Assembly: GCA_964486045.1 (NCBI GenBank)
Contig: CAZALK010000003.1
Span: 96,001-160,000, forward strand
Length of the DNA stretch: 64,000 nucleotides
From: an uncultured archaeon
GTDB taxonomy: Archaea > Asgardarchaeota > Lokiarchaeia > Sigyniarchaeales > SOKP01
Direction of reading: 5' to 3'
Both the position numbers and the translations under genes were made by a program. Positions 50,325-60,299 of the stretch are shown here, piece after piece. The notes under the pieces are model-generated. The model was given only the letters and a program-made list of their open reading frames with translations. It was not told the DNA's origin and did no database searches. Within the stretch, counting starts at the first letter, position 1. Every line of letters begins with the position of its first letter.

Positions 50325-51176
50325 TTATTTCTCTAATGTTTCTTGTATCTTTCTTACAATTTCTTTGAATGCTTTTGTAGATTTGTTTTCAGGATATTTC
50401 AATACAAAGGGTAATCCCAGATCCCCTTGTTGGCTTACTTCAATCTCGAAGGGTATTTTTCCAAGTATTGGAATGTTGAAATCTTTAGAAGCCTTATCTG
50501 CACCTCCAGGTGGATACAAATCAATATATTTATCACAATGAGGGCATTTAAATCCTGATTGATTTTCAATTATTCCAAGAATCTTTCTTTTCATTATTAT
50601 TGCCATTTTGATTGTTTTTCTTGAATCCATAAGTGCCACTTGTTGAGGAGTCGTCACAATAATTACATTTTCATCCGGAATTAATTGTAATATATCTAGA
50701 GTTTCATCAGAAGTTCCTGGGGGCAAATCAAATATTAAATAATCAAGTTCACCCCATTCAGCATCTCCCAAGAATTGCCTTACAACACTCATTTTCATTG
50801 GTCCTCTCCAAATCACAGGGTCATCTGGTGTCGATGTTAAAAACGCCATACTCATTGCTTTAATATTTAGAGGTCCTATTATTGGATGGAATTTTTTAGC
50901 TTCTGCATCAACAACCGGTTTAAGCTCAGGATCAATACCTAACATTTTTATGACATTTGGTCCTGTTATATCAACATCTAAAATACCGACTCTTAATCCA
51001 ATACTGGCCAAAGTCATTGCTAGATTTACTGCTACTGTTGTTTTTCCAACACCACCTTTACCAGAAATGATGACAATTTTATGCTTAATTTTAGCCATGT
51101 TCTTTTGGATATTCTGTTCTCTTTCACCCATCATCATTTCTTTTAAATTTATGTCTGGAATTTCTTCTTCTGTCAT
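50325..51176 (-). CDS. apbC: Mrp/NBP35 (ApbC) Fe-S cluster carrier ATPase
   Basis: GKGGVGKT, VIWRGP, DLPPGTSD, VTTPQ, CPHC. Confidence 0.93.
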   Translation of the reverse strand: MTEEEIPDINLKEMMMGEREQNIQKNMAKIKHKIVIISGKGGVGKTTVAVNLAMTLASIGLRVGILDVDITGPNVIKMLGIDPELKPVVDAEAKKFHPIIGPLNIKAMSMAFLTSTPDDPVIWRGPMKMSVVRQFLGDAEWGELDYLIFDLPPGTSDETLDILQLIPDENVIIVTTPQQVALMDSRKTIKMAIIMKRKILGIIENQSGFKCPHCDKYIDLYPPGGADKASKDFNIPILGKIPFEIEVSQQGDLGLPFVLKYPENKSTKAFKEIVRKIQETLEK

Positions 51177-51381
51177 GTTCAGGAATCACTTCTACTTTAT
51201 ATTATGAAACTTAAGACTGGATTTATTTCTATCTATAATTTTTTATGAAATTTTCCTTAGTTTTACTTATATTTCAATTCTTATTATGAATGTATTTATA
51301 TCGTATAAACTAAAGAAATTAATAAATTTCGATATATTATTCATTACTGAAAAGAGAAGAAAAAATTAAATTTCAAGGTGA

Positions 51382-51873
51382 TTGTGGATTCCAATAAGCA
51401 ACTTCATGGAATTATACAAATTCCTACCAAAAACAAATTGTAAGAAATGTGGAAAACCAACGTGTATGGCGTTTTCTCTCGATTTATTACAAGGAAAAGT
51501 AAAAATTGACGATTGTACACCCCTTTTAGAGCCTAAATATAAGAAGAATTATGATGCTTTGAAAGAACTGCTAGGATCTGAAGAGGGTAAAGAAAAAGAA
51601 TTAAGAATAGATGTTGATGATGATTTATGCGATGGATGTGGGATTTGTGTTACTGTATGCCCTGTTAATGCTAGATATTGTCCACCATCCTTAAGTGGGA
51701 AAGCTCCTGACTTCCCTCCAGATAATCATCAATTATTTCAAGTAAAAAATGGAAAATGTGAATTGTTAAACCTCAAGTATTGTCGTAGATTAGAAGGAGA
51801 AGGACAAGCAAGAGAATGTCGGGTTTGTGAATCATATTGTCCTCGAGATGCTGTTAAAATTGATTATATCTAA
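51382..51873 (+). CDS. FwdG-like 2x[4Fe-4S] ferredoxin fused to an N-terminal FeS domain
   Basis: LPKTNCKKCGKPTCMAF...DCTPL; CDGCGICVTVCPVNA...SGKAP; CRVCESYCP. Confidence 0.8.
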   Translation: MWIPISNFMELYKFLPKTNCKKCGKPTCMAFSLDLLQGKVKIDDCTPLLEPKYKKNYDALKELLGSEEGKEKELRIDVDDDLCDGCGICVTVCPVNARYCPPSLSGKAPDFPPDNHQLFQVKNGKCELLNLKYCRRLEGEGQARECRVCESYCPRDAVKIDYI

Positions 51874-51896
51874 TTCTCCTTAAAAATGGTTAAATT

Positions 51897-53201
51897 ATGG
51901 TTGGAAAACGAGTCAAATGTTCAGGTTGTTCACTTTTATGTGATGATATAATTATAAGAAGTGACGGTTTGTATATAGATGAGGTTTTTGGTGCTTGCCT
52001 TAAGGGTAAAGAAAGATTTGATCAGATAACAAGTAAAAACCGTGTTCTATCCCCATTTATACGTAAGAATGATGATTTAGTAAAAACTTCATTAAATGAT
52101 GCATTAAATCATGCTACAGAAATTTTAAAGAGCTCAGCAAAACCACTTTTATACGGATTTTCAACGGTAAGTTGTCAAGCTCAATTAGAAGGAATTAAAT
52201 TAGCGAAAGCCATTAATGGGTTTATCGATTCGAATTCTACAATATGTCAAGGCAAAGTACTCAATGCTTCGATACAAACAGGTATGACTCTAACCACAAT
52301 CTCAGAAATAATTAATAAAACTGATCTATTGATATTCTGGGGTGCTAATGTTGCAGAATCAATACCCCGATTATTAAATAAAGCTCTTTTTTCTCGAGGT
52401 AAATTTCGAATGACTGGACGTGAGATTAAAACAGTCATTATTATAGATCCTATTAAAACTGCATCATTTGGAGTAATGGGAGTTCGTGATATTGCTTTAC
52501 AAATTGAGCCAGGAAAAGATATAGATTTAATTCGTGTTCTAAAGGAAAAATGTTGCTCTCCTAATAGTACTCCTTCAAAGGGTGTTGCTGGTATAGATAG
52601 TGATGATTTAAGAAGGTTATTGATTCAACTAACAAATACAGAAAATGGTGTAATTTTTATTGGTCAGGGAATTGTTAATTCAACATCAAATCCTAAGGTG
52701 ATCCAAGAACTACTTGAATTAGTGCAGATATTAAACGCTAAACAACAAAAAGGTCGCATGTCAGTTATTATGTTAGGAGGTCACTATAACATGGCAGGAT
52801 TTGACCAAGTTGCTCTTTCACTAGTCGGAAAAAACCATAATATATTATTTTCTAATAATCAACTAGTTGAAACGTCAGACACGATTATATCAAAAATCGA
52901 TAATGAGGATTTTGATTGTTCTGTAATTGTTGGAACTGATCCAATATCACACTTGCCATGGAAATTGAGTAAGAAATTAATGTCAAAACCCTTAATTCTT
53001 ATTGACAATAAAAAGTCCGCAACTTTTAAAGTAGCAGATATTATTATTCCTTCAGCGATTACAGGAATTGAATGTGAAGGTTTGGCGTATAGGTTAGATC
53101 ATGTGCCGATAGAACTAGATAAAATTGTAAATCCTCCGAATAATGTAATCTCTGACGAAAAAATTCTTTCTATGTTAATTAAAGGTTTAAAAACAATCTA
53201 A
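51897..53201 (+). CDS. fwdB: Formylmethanofuran dehydrogenase subunit B-like (divergent)
   Basis: CSGCSLLCDD..C, DLLIFWGAN, GHYN..G, GIECEGLAYRLDHVP. Confidence 0.85.
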   Translation: MVGKRVKCSGCSLLCDDIIIRSDGLYIDEVFGACLKGKERFDQITSKNRVLSPFIRKNDDLVKTSLNDALNHATEILKSSAKPLLYGFSTVSCQAQLEGIKLAKAINGFIDSNSTICQGKVLNASIQTGMTLTTISEIINKTDLLIFWGANVAESIPRLLNKALFSRGKFRMTGREIKTVIIIDPIKTASFGVMGVRDIALQIEPGKDIDLIRVLKEKCCSPNSTPSKGVAGIDSDDLRRLLIQLTNTENGVIFIGQGIVNSTSNPKVIQELLELVQILNAKQQKGRMSVIMLGGHYNMAGFDQVALSLVGKNHNILFSNNQLVETSDTIISKIDNEDFDCSVIVGTDPISHLPWKLSKKLMSKPLILIDNKKSATFKVADIIIPSAITGIECEGLAYRLDHVPIELDKIVNPPNNVISDEKILSMLIKGLKTI

Positions 53202-53214
53202 TGAGGTTAGGAAG

Positions 53215-53586
53215 ATGGAAATGATAGTCAATACCGTAAGGATGGTGGATTACGATCAATTAAGAGAACACTCATTTGGGGATGATAATTCTTTAAAAGA
53301 AAATCTGGCATTCGGTAAGTTAAATCCAGAAGATTACAAAAAACTCAATTTAACACCAAGTTTGAATTTAAAATTATTGAATACGCATGGACAAGTAATT
53401 ATTAAAGTAAAACAAGAAGAGGATATTCCTTTAGGTACAATACTAATGCCTGTTTCAATTTGGGCAAATCAAATCACAGGGATAATTAATAAGCAATTAA
53501 TATTTAAAAATTTAAAAGTCAATGCCGAAGCAACCAAAGATAATGTTTTAGATCTAAAAGGTTTATTAAATATCATTAAAAAATAA
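53215..53586 (+). CDS. fwdD: Formylmethanofuran dehydrogenase subunit D-like
   Basis: NTVR, LNPEDYKKL, G.ILMP.SIWAN, FKN; position between fwdB and fwdA. Confidence 0.8.
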   Translation: MEMIVNTVRMVDYDQLREHSFGDDNSLKENLAFGKLNPEDYKKLNLTPSLNLKLLNTHGQVIIKVKQEEDIPLGTILMPVSIWANQITGIINKQLIFKNLKVNAEATKDNVLDLKGLLNIIKK

Positions 53587-53601
53587 ACAGTTGTCATTAC
53601 T

Positions 53602-55284
53602 ATGGATTCTAATAAACTTATTATAAAGAATGGTCTTGTCTACGACCCTAATAACAACATCGAGGGAGAAAAAAAAGACATTTTGGTAGAATCGGGCAAG
53701 ATTATAGAAAAGTTTTCTAATAATAATAATATTAAAGAAATAGATGCAAATGGGAAAACAGTCATTCCCTCGGCCTTAGATATTCATACTCATATAGCTT
53801 CTCAGCAAGTAAATTGGGTAAGGCTGTTAGGGACGAACAATAGTAAATTTAAAGAAGCTTGGCAGGGACTCAGACTAGAGAAGGTAGCTAAAGATTATTT
53901 ATCAATGGGTTACACTTTTATCCTCGAAGCTAATGTGTTTCCTTCCTTAGCAAAGCAGACTATTTTTAACTTTCAACAATTACCTGTTTTAGATAAAGGG
54001 ATGTTATTAAATATCAGTAATCTATGGCCTTTAGAACTCGAGTTCCAAAGAGGAAAAATTAATAATATGGCAGTTTTTCTTTCTGATCTCCTATCTAAAA
54101 CCTACGGTTTCGGTTTTAAAGTATATAATCCTTTTGAATGTGAGGCTTGGAATTTAAAAGATTTAAGAGAAGATTTATCAAAACAAGGTAGACTGTATAA
54201 CTTCTCTGCTTTGGATGTGTATGAAAATATTGTTAAATGTGTGGAATCCCTTGAGTTACCTCATTCCGCTCATGTTCATATTGAAGCCTATGAAAATAAA
54301 ATTGGAAAAGACAATCTTTTCACGGTTTTAGAAAGGATTAAGTCATTAAATTTGAAACCTAATAAAGAAACTAGTTCAGTTAATAAAAGATCCCAAATAA
54401 TTCATGTTGCTCATGCAAATTCATATTCCACTGATGGGAATAATGAGAAATTAATTAATTTTCTAAATGAAAATCATAACATTAGTGCAGATTTAGCATT
54501 CGTTGGCTTTAATCTCATAAATCCAATTATCACATCAGATCGAAGACTGATTAATTCTATGTTAACAATGGATCCTATTGATAACCCGCACAAATTAATA
54601 AATTCTGCAATCGAATTTGAAGGAGATTCATTTGTATCAATGAGATTTCTACATAAAAGCGATTATAAAGCTTGCATTTTATGGGCTAACGCTCTTGATT
54701 TAGCTCTGAATGTTAAAGATAAATCTCAAGTGAGTTTATCACTCAATTTCCCTAATTACGCAAATATAACAGATATTCCTGAAATTGTTACTTGGTTAAT
54801 AAGTAGAGAAGCTCGAGAAAACTATATGAATGGAATGAATGACCAATTTCTTAAGCATAATTCTTTAGTTAGTAATGAGGAGGAGCTTAGTTTTTCTGAG
54901 CTCATAAGCCTAACGAGATCTACTCCTGCGAAATTATTAGGTCTGGCGAGCATTAAGGGAACTTTTAAGCCAGGTGCAGACGCTGATATTAACATATTAG
55001 GTATAAATACTGAAGATGCTAACTTATCTAAGGAATATGAAAAGCTAAAAACTTCACTACTGAATATTGAATATGTCATAAAATCGGGGAAAATTGTAAA
55101 GAAAGAAAACAAATTTGACCTCAATTCTAATGGATTGATTTTTTGGTCTCAAGGGAAAGTTAAATCTGAAGAAAAAAACCAGATAATGTCAAAAAAGAAA
55201 GAATTCTACACTAAGTATTCATCAATCTTTTATGATTCTTATCAGGTTTCTGTAAATAAGAATATTTTAAGGAAAATAGATTGA
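53602..55284 (+). CDS. fwdA: Formylmethanofuran dehydrogenase subunit A-like amidohydrolase (divergent)
   Basis: IIKNG.VYDP.N, DIHTH, MGYT, KVYNP, LPHSAHVH, TR..PAK.LGL...KG...GADADI. Confidence 0.87.
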   Translation: MDSNKLIIKNGLVYDPNNNIEGEKKDILVESGKIIEKFSNNNNIKEIDANGKTVIPSALDIHTHIASQQVNWVRLLGTNNSKFKEAWQGLRLEKVAKDYLSMGYTFILEANVFPSLAKQTIFNFQQLPVLDKGMLLNISNLWPLELEFQRGKINNMAVFLSDLLSKTYGFGFKVYNPFECEAWNLKDLREDLSKQGRLYNFSALDVYENIVKCVESLELPHSAHVHIEAYENKIGKDNLFTVLERIKSLNLKPNKETSSVNKRSQIIHVAHANSYSTDGNNEKLINFLNENHNISADLAFVGFNLINPIITSDRRLINSMLTMDPIDNPHKLINSAIEFEGDSFVSMRFLHKSDYKACILWANALDLALNVKDKSQVSLSLNFPNYANITDIPEIVTWLISREARENYMNGMNDQFLKHNSLVSNEEELSFSELISLTRSTPAKLLGLASIKGTFKPGADADINILGINTEDANLSKEYEKLKTSLLNIEYVIKSGKIVKKENKFDLNSNGLIFWSQGKVKSEEKNQIMSKKKEFYTKYSSIFYDSYQVSVNKNILRKID

Positions 55285-55360
55285 GCTAAAGTATCCTATA
55301 AATTTAATTTTTGTTCTTCATTTTTTTTTATCAAATTATTAATATTGAATAAATGTTAAA

Positions 55361-56557
55361 ATGACAAGATTACCTTTAGATGGAATCACTGTCGTAGACT
55401 TCTCAACAATAATAGCTGCTCCATTAATCGGAACATTACTATCCGATTTTGGAGCCGAAGTAATCAAAGTAGAAAAACCGAAAGTTGGTGATGTGACTAG
55501 AGGAGGCGGGGATTTTTCTGGGAGAAGGAGCCCTTTATGGCTTACAATTAACAGGAATAAAAAGACTATCACTCTAGATCTTCATACAAATGAAGGTCAA
55601 GATATTGCTAGAAAACTTTGCGCTAAAACAGATGTAGTTATTTTTAATTTTCGACCTGGAGTTATAGAAAATTGGAATCTAGGACCTGACGATTTACATA
55701 AAATTAATCCAGACTTAATAATAGGACTAATTTCTGGTTATGGTCAAACTGGACCTTATAAGGATAAAGGAGGCTATGATAGAACGGTAAGCGCATTTTC
55801 AGGGGTGACATATACTTCTGGATACCCAGAACATCCACCTGTACGTTCTGGATTCCCATTAATTGATTATTTAACGGGATATCTTGGAGCGTTTGCAGTA
55901 ATGATGGCATTATATAATAGAGACGTCAATAAGAATGGAGGAGAGGTGATAGATTTAACTCTCACAGAATCTGCATTTAGAACATCGGGAGCTGCTATTT
56001 CAATGTATTCAAAATTTGGATCTATTTATGAAAGAGCTGGGAATCGAATTAGATTTGTAGTCCCTGCAGAGAATTTTGAAACAAAAGATGGAAGAATCGT
56101 AGCAATTAATGCAAATTCTATAAAACTTTGGGAAAGGTTAGCTGAAGCTATGAAAAGGAAAGACATGTTAACTGATAGTAGGTTTAACTCTTATTCAAAT
56201 CGATTTAAGAATCAAGATGAACTTTATGATATAATCGGGGATTGGGTAAAAAATTATATGGCTGTAGAAATTATGCAATTGCTAGAAAAAGCGGAAGTTC
56301 CATGTGAAAAAGTAAATAGTATTGCAGATTTAGCTGAAGATCCTCACATGCTTCAAAGAGAAGCCATTATAGAGTTTGAAGATTACGAATATGGAAAAAT
56401 TTTAGTACCGGGAATAGTCCCTAAATTAAAGAATTTTCCCGGACGCATTAAATTCTTAGGAGGTAAGTTAGGAGAGCACAATCAAGAAATATTTCAAAAT
56501 CTTCTTGGATTATCTTCAGAAGAAATTAAAGAATTGGAGGAAAAGGAAGTAATATAA
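55361..56557 (+). CDS. Family III CoA-transferase (CaiB/BaiF)
   Basis: LDGITVVDF, DFGAEVIKVE, NRNKK, NFRPG, GYGQTGP, GGYD, ID. Confidence 0.93.
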   Translation: MTRLPLDGITVVDFSTIIAAPLIGTLLSDFGAEVIKVEKPKVGDVTRGGGDFSGRRSPLWLTINRNKKTITLDLHTNEGQDIARKLCAKTDVVIFNFRPGVIENWNLGPDDLHKINPDLIIGLISGYGQTGPYKDKGGYDRTVSAFSGVTYTSGYPEHPPVRSGFPLIDYLTGYLGAFAVMMALYNRDVNKNGGEVIDLTLTESAFRTSGAAISMYSKFGSIYERAGNRIRFVVPAENFETKDGRIVAINANSIKLWERLAEAMKRKDMLTDSRFNSYSNRFKNQDELYDIIGDWVKNYMAVEIMQLLEKAEVPCEKVNSIADLAEDPHMLQREAIIEFEDYEYGKILVPGIVPKLKNFPGRIKFLGGKLGEHNQEIFQNLLGLSSEEIKELEEKEVI

Positions 56558-56595
56558 CATTTATATTTCAGTTTATTTGAAGAGAAAAAATATTA

Positions 56596-58101
56596 TCAGG
56601 GGGTCTCAGGAATCAAAACAATAAAGTTACTACCTCGTGAATAATCATCCTTCACCTTATTCTCAACCCAAATTTTACCATTATAATTATCTATGATGTT
56701 TTTCACGAGTGTTAGCCCAAATCCTAAACCTTTCGAGTCTTTTTCTTTTATGGATCCTTTTTGAAATATCAGATCTTTCTTATCTTGTGTTATCCCAATA
56801 CCGTTATCTATGAATTGAAATTTAATAAATTTAATCTTATTTTTAATCATTTTGGTGACTTTAATAAGAATCTCTATGTTGTTGTTGTTATTATAAGTTA
56901 TAGCATTATTTAATAAATTGTCAAAAACGTCATTTAGAAGTTCGTCAGCTTGAATGTGAATTCTCTCTGCGAAAGAATCTACTTTTATGTTTATATTTTT
57001 CTCATGAAAACTGTTGTGAATAAATTCTATTGCCTCGCTTAATTTTTTCATGGCTTCCATTGATTTTAATGAGATCTTGGATTGGTCTAAAGAAAAAGCT
57101 TTTCCAACATTAGCAACTAATTTTGTTCCTCTAATAAATTGTTTTTCGATAATATCATATAGAGCTTCAATATCTTTTTCTCTTCCAGATTCACCCAAAT
57201 ATTTCTTACTAAGATCAACTGAGAGCTTTATGTTTGAAAAGATGTTATTTATGTCATGGTAGAATAGATTCTTGTATAACTCAGCTCGATTAAAAGCATT
57301 TTTATATTTTTCTTCAGATTCTTTTAACTTTTGTTCTGCTTCCTTTTTCTCTGTTATATCATGAGTAAATCCGCAAAAACCAACTTTATCACCACTCGAA
57401 TTATATTTCAAATACGCTATTCCTTCGAATGTCCGAATTTTTCCATCATTTCTTATGACTTGGCTTTCAAAGGTTTCTTTTAGAAGGTTTTTTTCATACA
57501 TATTAGTGAAGATTTCCACAATCTCTTGTCTCGTGTTCTTCTCCAAAACTAGATTTGAATTCGTTCCTAATAGCTTGTCTCTTGAAATTCCTAAGTAACG
57601 GCAAGTATAATCATTTACATAAGTATAATTTCCTTCAAGATCTATTTCGTAATACCCATCTTCAATGTTTTCAATAATCTCTCTATATCTCTCATCAGAT
57701 TCCTTAAGTTTTTGTTCTGCTTCCTTTTCTTTGATTAGGTCTCTAATAACTGCTACTATTTTAGTTTGATTTTCATAATCCACTGCACGACCCTTTGCTG
57801 AAACAGGAATATAATATCCCTTTTTGTGCCGAATTAGAAAATTCTCGGTAATTATCTCTCTTGTTTTTAGTCCATATTTAATTGATTCTACAATTCTTGA
57901 CAAATCATCTTGGTGTATAAAATCCATAACCTTTTTTCCCTTGAGTTTCTCAGGAGAATAACCTAATAAATCATAAACTTGAGGATTAACAAATGTAATA
58001 TTGAAATCTAAATCGAATTCTACTATTATATCTAGAATGCTATTAATAAGATTGAAATGTTTCTTTTCAAGCGTTATTGAATCATTTTTAAACTTATTCA
58101 T
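56596..58101 (-). CDS. Cytoplasmic PAS-PAS sensor histidine kinase
   Basis: Two PAS/PAC domains; HDINN H-box; NLLNNA, DNGIG, GLGFGL. Confidence 0.92.
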   Translation of the reverse strand: MNKFKNDSITLEKKHFNLINSILDIIVEFDLDFNITFVNPQVYDLLGYSPEKLKGKKVMDFIHQDDLSRIVESIKYGLKTREIITENFLIRHKKGYYIPVSAKGRAVDYENQTKIVAVIRDLIKEKEAEQKLKESDERYREIIENIEDGYYEIDLEGNYTYVNDYTCRYLGISRDKLLGTNSNLVLEKNTRQEIVEIFTNMYEKNLLKETFESQVIRNDGKIRTFEGIAYLKYNSSGDKVGFCGFTHDITEKKEAEQKLKESEEKYKNAFNRAELYKNLFYHDINNIFSNIKLSVDLSKKYLGESGREKDIEALYDIIEKQFIRGTKLVANVGKAFSLDQSKISLKSMEAMKKLSEAIEFIHNSFHEKNINIKVDSFAERIHIQADELLNDVFDNLLNNAITYNNNNNIEILIKVTKMIKNKIKFIKFQFIDNGIGITQDKKDLIFQKGSIKEKDSKGLGFGLTLVKNIIDNYNGKIWVENKVKDDYSRGSNFIVLIPETP

Positions 58102-58341
58102 AATAGAGATTTCCGTTTGAATACATCTTGGGCAATAATTTTAAAGCAAATGACTTTCTGCTTTTTACAGAACCCCGATAATATGTACAACCACAATTTA
58201 GTCAAAAAACATGGTGTACATAGTGATAAAGAAGTTTTATGAATATATTTGTATGTGATATACTCATTTTTGTTCTTATAGTTCGAACAAGAGAGGAAAA
58301 AGTGAAAGGGAAACAAATGGGATGAATTATTTTAAAGTGAA

Positions 58342-59517
58342 TTATAATTTCAAAGGATATTTCCGGTATTTCTCTATTGCTGCTCGGAAAGCTAGGATAT
58401 TTTCCCAGGGAACGTTCAGAATGTTATGACTGGGACCTGCGAAATATCCTCCGCCTACAGCAGCGGCTTTTATACATCTCCTTACTTCTTCTTCGACTTC
58501 TTTAGGAGTCCCGAAACTTAATATTCTGGTAGCATCCATTCCCCCCCATAAGCTTACTTGATCTCCTAAAGTCTCTTTTAAATGTGCTATATCTACCCCT
58601 GCTGCAGGTTCTAATGACTGAATGCCATCCAATCCTGCATCAACCATGTCAGGGAGTAATTTATCGATATATCCACATGAATGCTGAATTACAAACATCC
58701 CATTTTTATGACATTCTTGATATATTTTTTTATAATAGGGTAACATAAAGGTCTGGAAATTCTCAAGAGAGAACATAGATCTCCCTTTATAGCCTAAGTC
58801 ATCATAATAAAACACGATATCTATTCCTGCTTCTGCATAACGTTTAACAAATTCCAAATTTACCTTAGTATATTCACTCATTACTTCATGGATAAATTGG
58901 GGATTTTTCCTCATATTATATACGACTCTCCCTACAGTCATACCCTCAAAAAGAGCTTCATTCATAGCAATCATTAGACGAGTTATTGGATAAAAATAAG
59001 GTGAGAGGCTTTTGACAAATTCTTCCCAAATTTTTGGTGAATAATTCACTTCATCATTTATGTGTTCCGAGGGCTTTCCATATTCATCCCAATATGAATG
59101 TACGATCTCTGGTGTATGAAAAACACCATCAACATACCATGCATATGTTAAACCTGTCTTAACTTGTTCCACTCGCTGAAATACCCGACCTGACGTTGGA
59201 AGAATATAACTATTAGGATATTCAGATGGTCCTTCAGTCACCTTTGTTTTCATTCTATGACGCCATGGATCAGCTGTGTGACAATCGACATTCCAGAATC
59301 GTAGTTCTGTAATATCCCCCGCCCAACGATAATCTTCTCTTGAAAATTTATTTTCTATATACGTTTTACATTCCTGATATTCGTCAGTTTCGAGGAAATG
59401 TTGATAAGCAGTACCAGTTCTTTCGAAACCAAGATAATGGATTGGAACCATATCTGGTTCATCGCCAGACAAAGTTCTAATAACCCTCTCTCGTTTGGAT
59501 AATACCATAATACCCAA
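58342..59517 (-). CDS. Uroporphyrinogen-decarboxylase-fold methyltransferase (MtaA/CmuA-like)
   Basis: DDLG, HSCG, LWGGMD, GTP.EV, GGYFAGPSH. Confidence 0.85.
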   Translation of the reverse strand: MGIMVLSKRERVIRTLSGDEPDMVPIHYLGFERTGTAYQHFLETDEYQECKTYIENKFSREDYRWAGDITELRFWNVDCHTADPWRHRMKTKVTEGPSEYPNSYILPTSGRVFQRVEQVKTGLTYAWYVDGVFHTPEIVHSYWDEYGKPSEHINDEVNYSPKIWEEFVKSLSPYFYPITRLMIAMNEALFEGMTVGRVVYNMRKNPQFIHEVMSEYTKVNLEFVKRYAEAGIDIVFYYDDLGYKGRSMFSLENFQTFMLPYYKKIYQECHKNGMFVIQHSCGYIDKLLPDMVDAGLDGIQSLEPAAGVDIAHLKETLGDQVSLWGGMDATRILSFGTPKEVEEEVRRCIKAAAVGGGYFAGPSHNILNVPWENILAFRAAIEKYRKYPLKL

Positions 59518-59630
59518 TTAATCTTGATTATTTAAAAAAAATTTTAAAACAATTAAAGTAGATATAATTATTATCTAAAGAAATGAACTTAGAATATAAT
59601 TAATCTTTTATTTGGTAAGAGGAAAATGTC

Positions 59631-60266
59631 ATGGATTTTGAAGAATTAACCGACCTAATAGTAGAATTGGAAGTGGATGATATTGGCGATGCTGTTAAGG
59701 TTGCACTTGATGAAGATGGAAAAGATCCTTTCGAAATCTTAGCAGCTTTAAGCAAGGGGATGGATGAGGTAAGTCGTCGTTACGAGGAATTTGATTATTT
59801 TTTAGGGGAATTAGTTCTAGCAGGAGATACCATGAAAGCTGGGCTTGAAGTACTAAAGCCAGCTTTGGCTGTTTCAGATAGTACGGTAGAGAAGTTAAAA
59901 GTCGTAATAGGAACTGTTAAAGGTGATCAGCATGATTTAGGGAAGAATATACTAGGGACACTACTTTTGAGTGCAAACTTTGAAGTATACGATCTAGGAA
60001 GAGATGTAGGTGCTGAAGAAATCGTGGAAAAAGTTAAAGAAACGGGAGCCTCGGTAGTAGCACTAAGTACTCTTTTATCTATGACTGTTGACCAAATTGG
60101 AGTTGTACATAAAGCTTTACAAGATGCGGGATTAAGAGATAAAGTAAAGTTGATTGTGGGAGGAGCACCATTAAATATGGAACTCGCAAAAAAATTTGGT
60201 GCTGATGGTTATGCTGATGATGCGATTTATGGAGTTGCGGAAATTAAAAAACTAGTCGAAAATTAA
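59631..60266 (+). CDS. Corrinoid (B12-binding) methyl-carrier protein
   Basis: GTVKGDQHDLGKN (DxHxxG), DLG.DV, VGGAP, GADGYA.DA. Confidence 0.92.
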   Translation: MDFEELTDLIVELEVDDIGDAVKVALDEDGKDPFEILAALSKGMDEVSRRYEEFDYFLGELVLAGDTMKAGLEVLKPALAVSDSTVEKLKVVIGTVKGDQHDLGKNILGTLLLSANFEVYDLGRDVGAEEIVEKVKETGASVVALSTLLSMTVDQIGVVHKALQDAGLRDKVKLIVGGAPLNMELAKKFGADGYADDAIYGVAEIKKLVEN

Positions 60267-60299
60267 TCATATCTAATTTTATCTTCTAATAACTCTAAG

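Noticed and set aside
58098-58316. 72-aa minus-strand ORF
   Set aside because: No SD or motif; the region is better read as spacer or a decayed kinase extension
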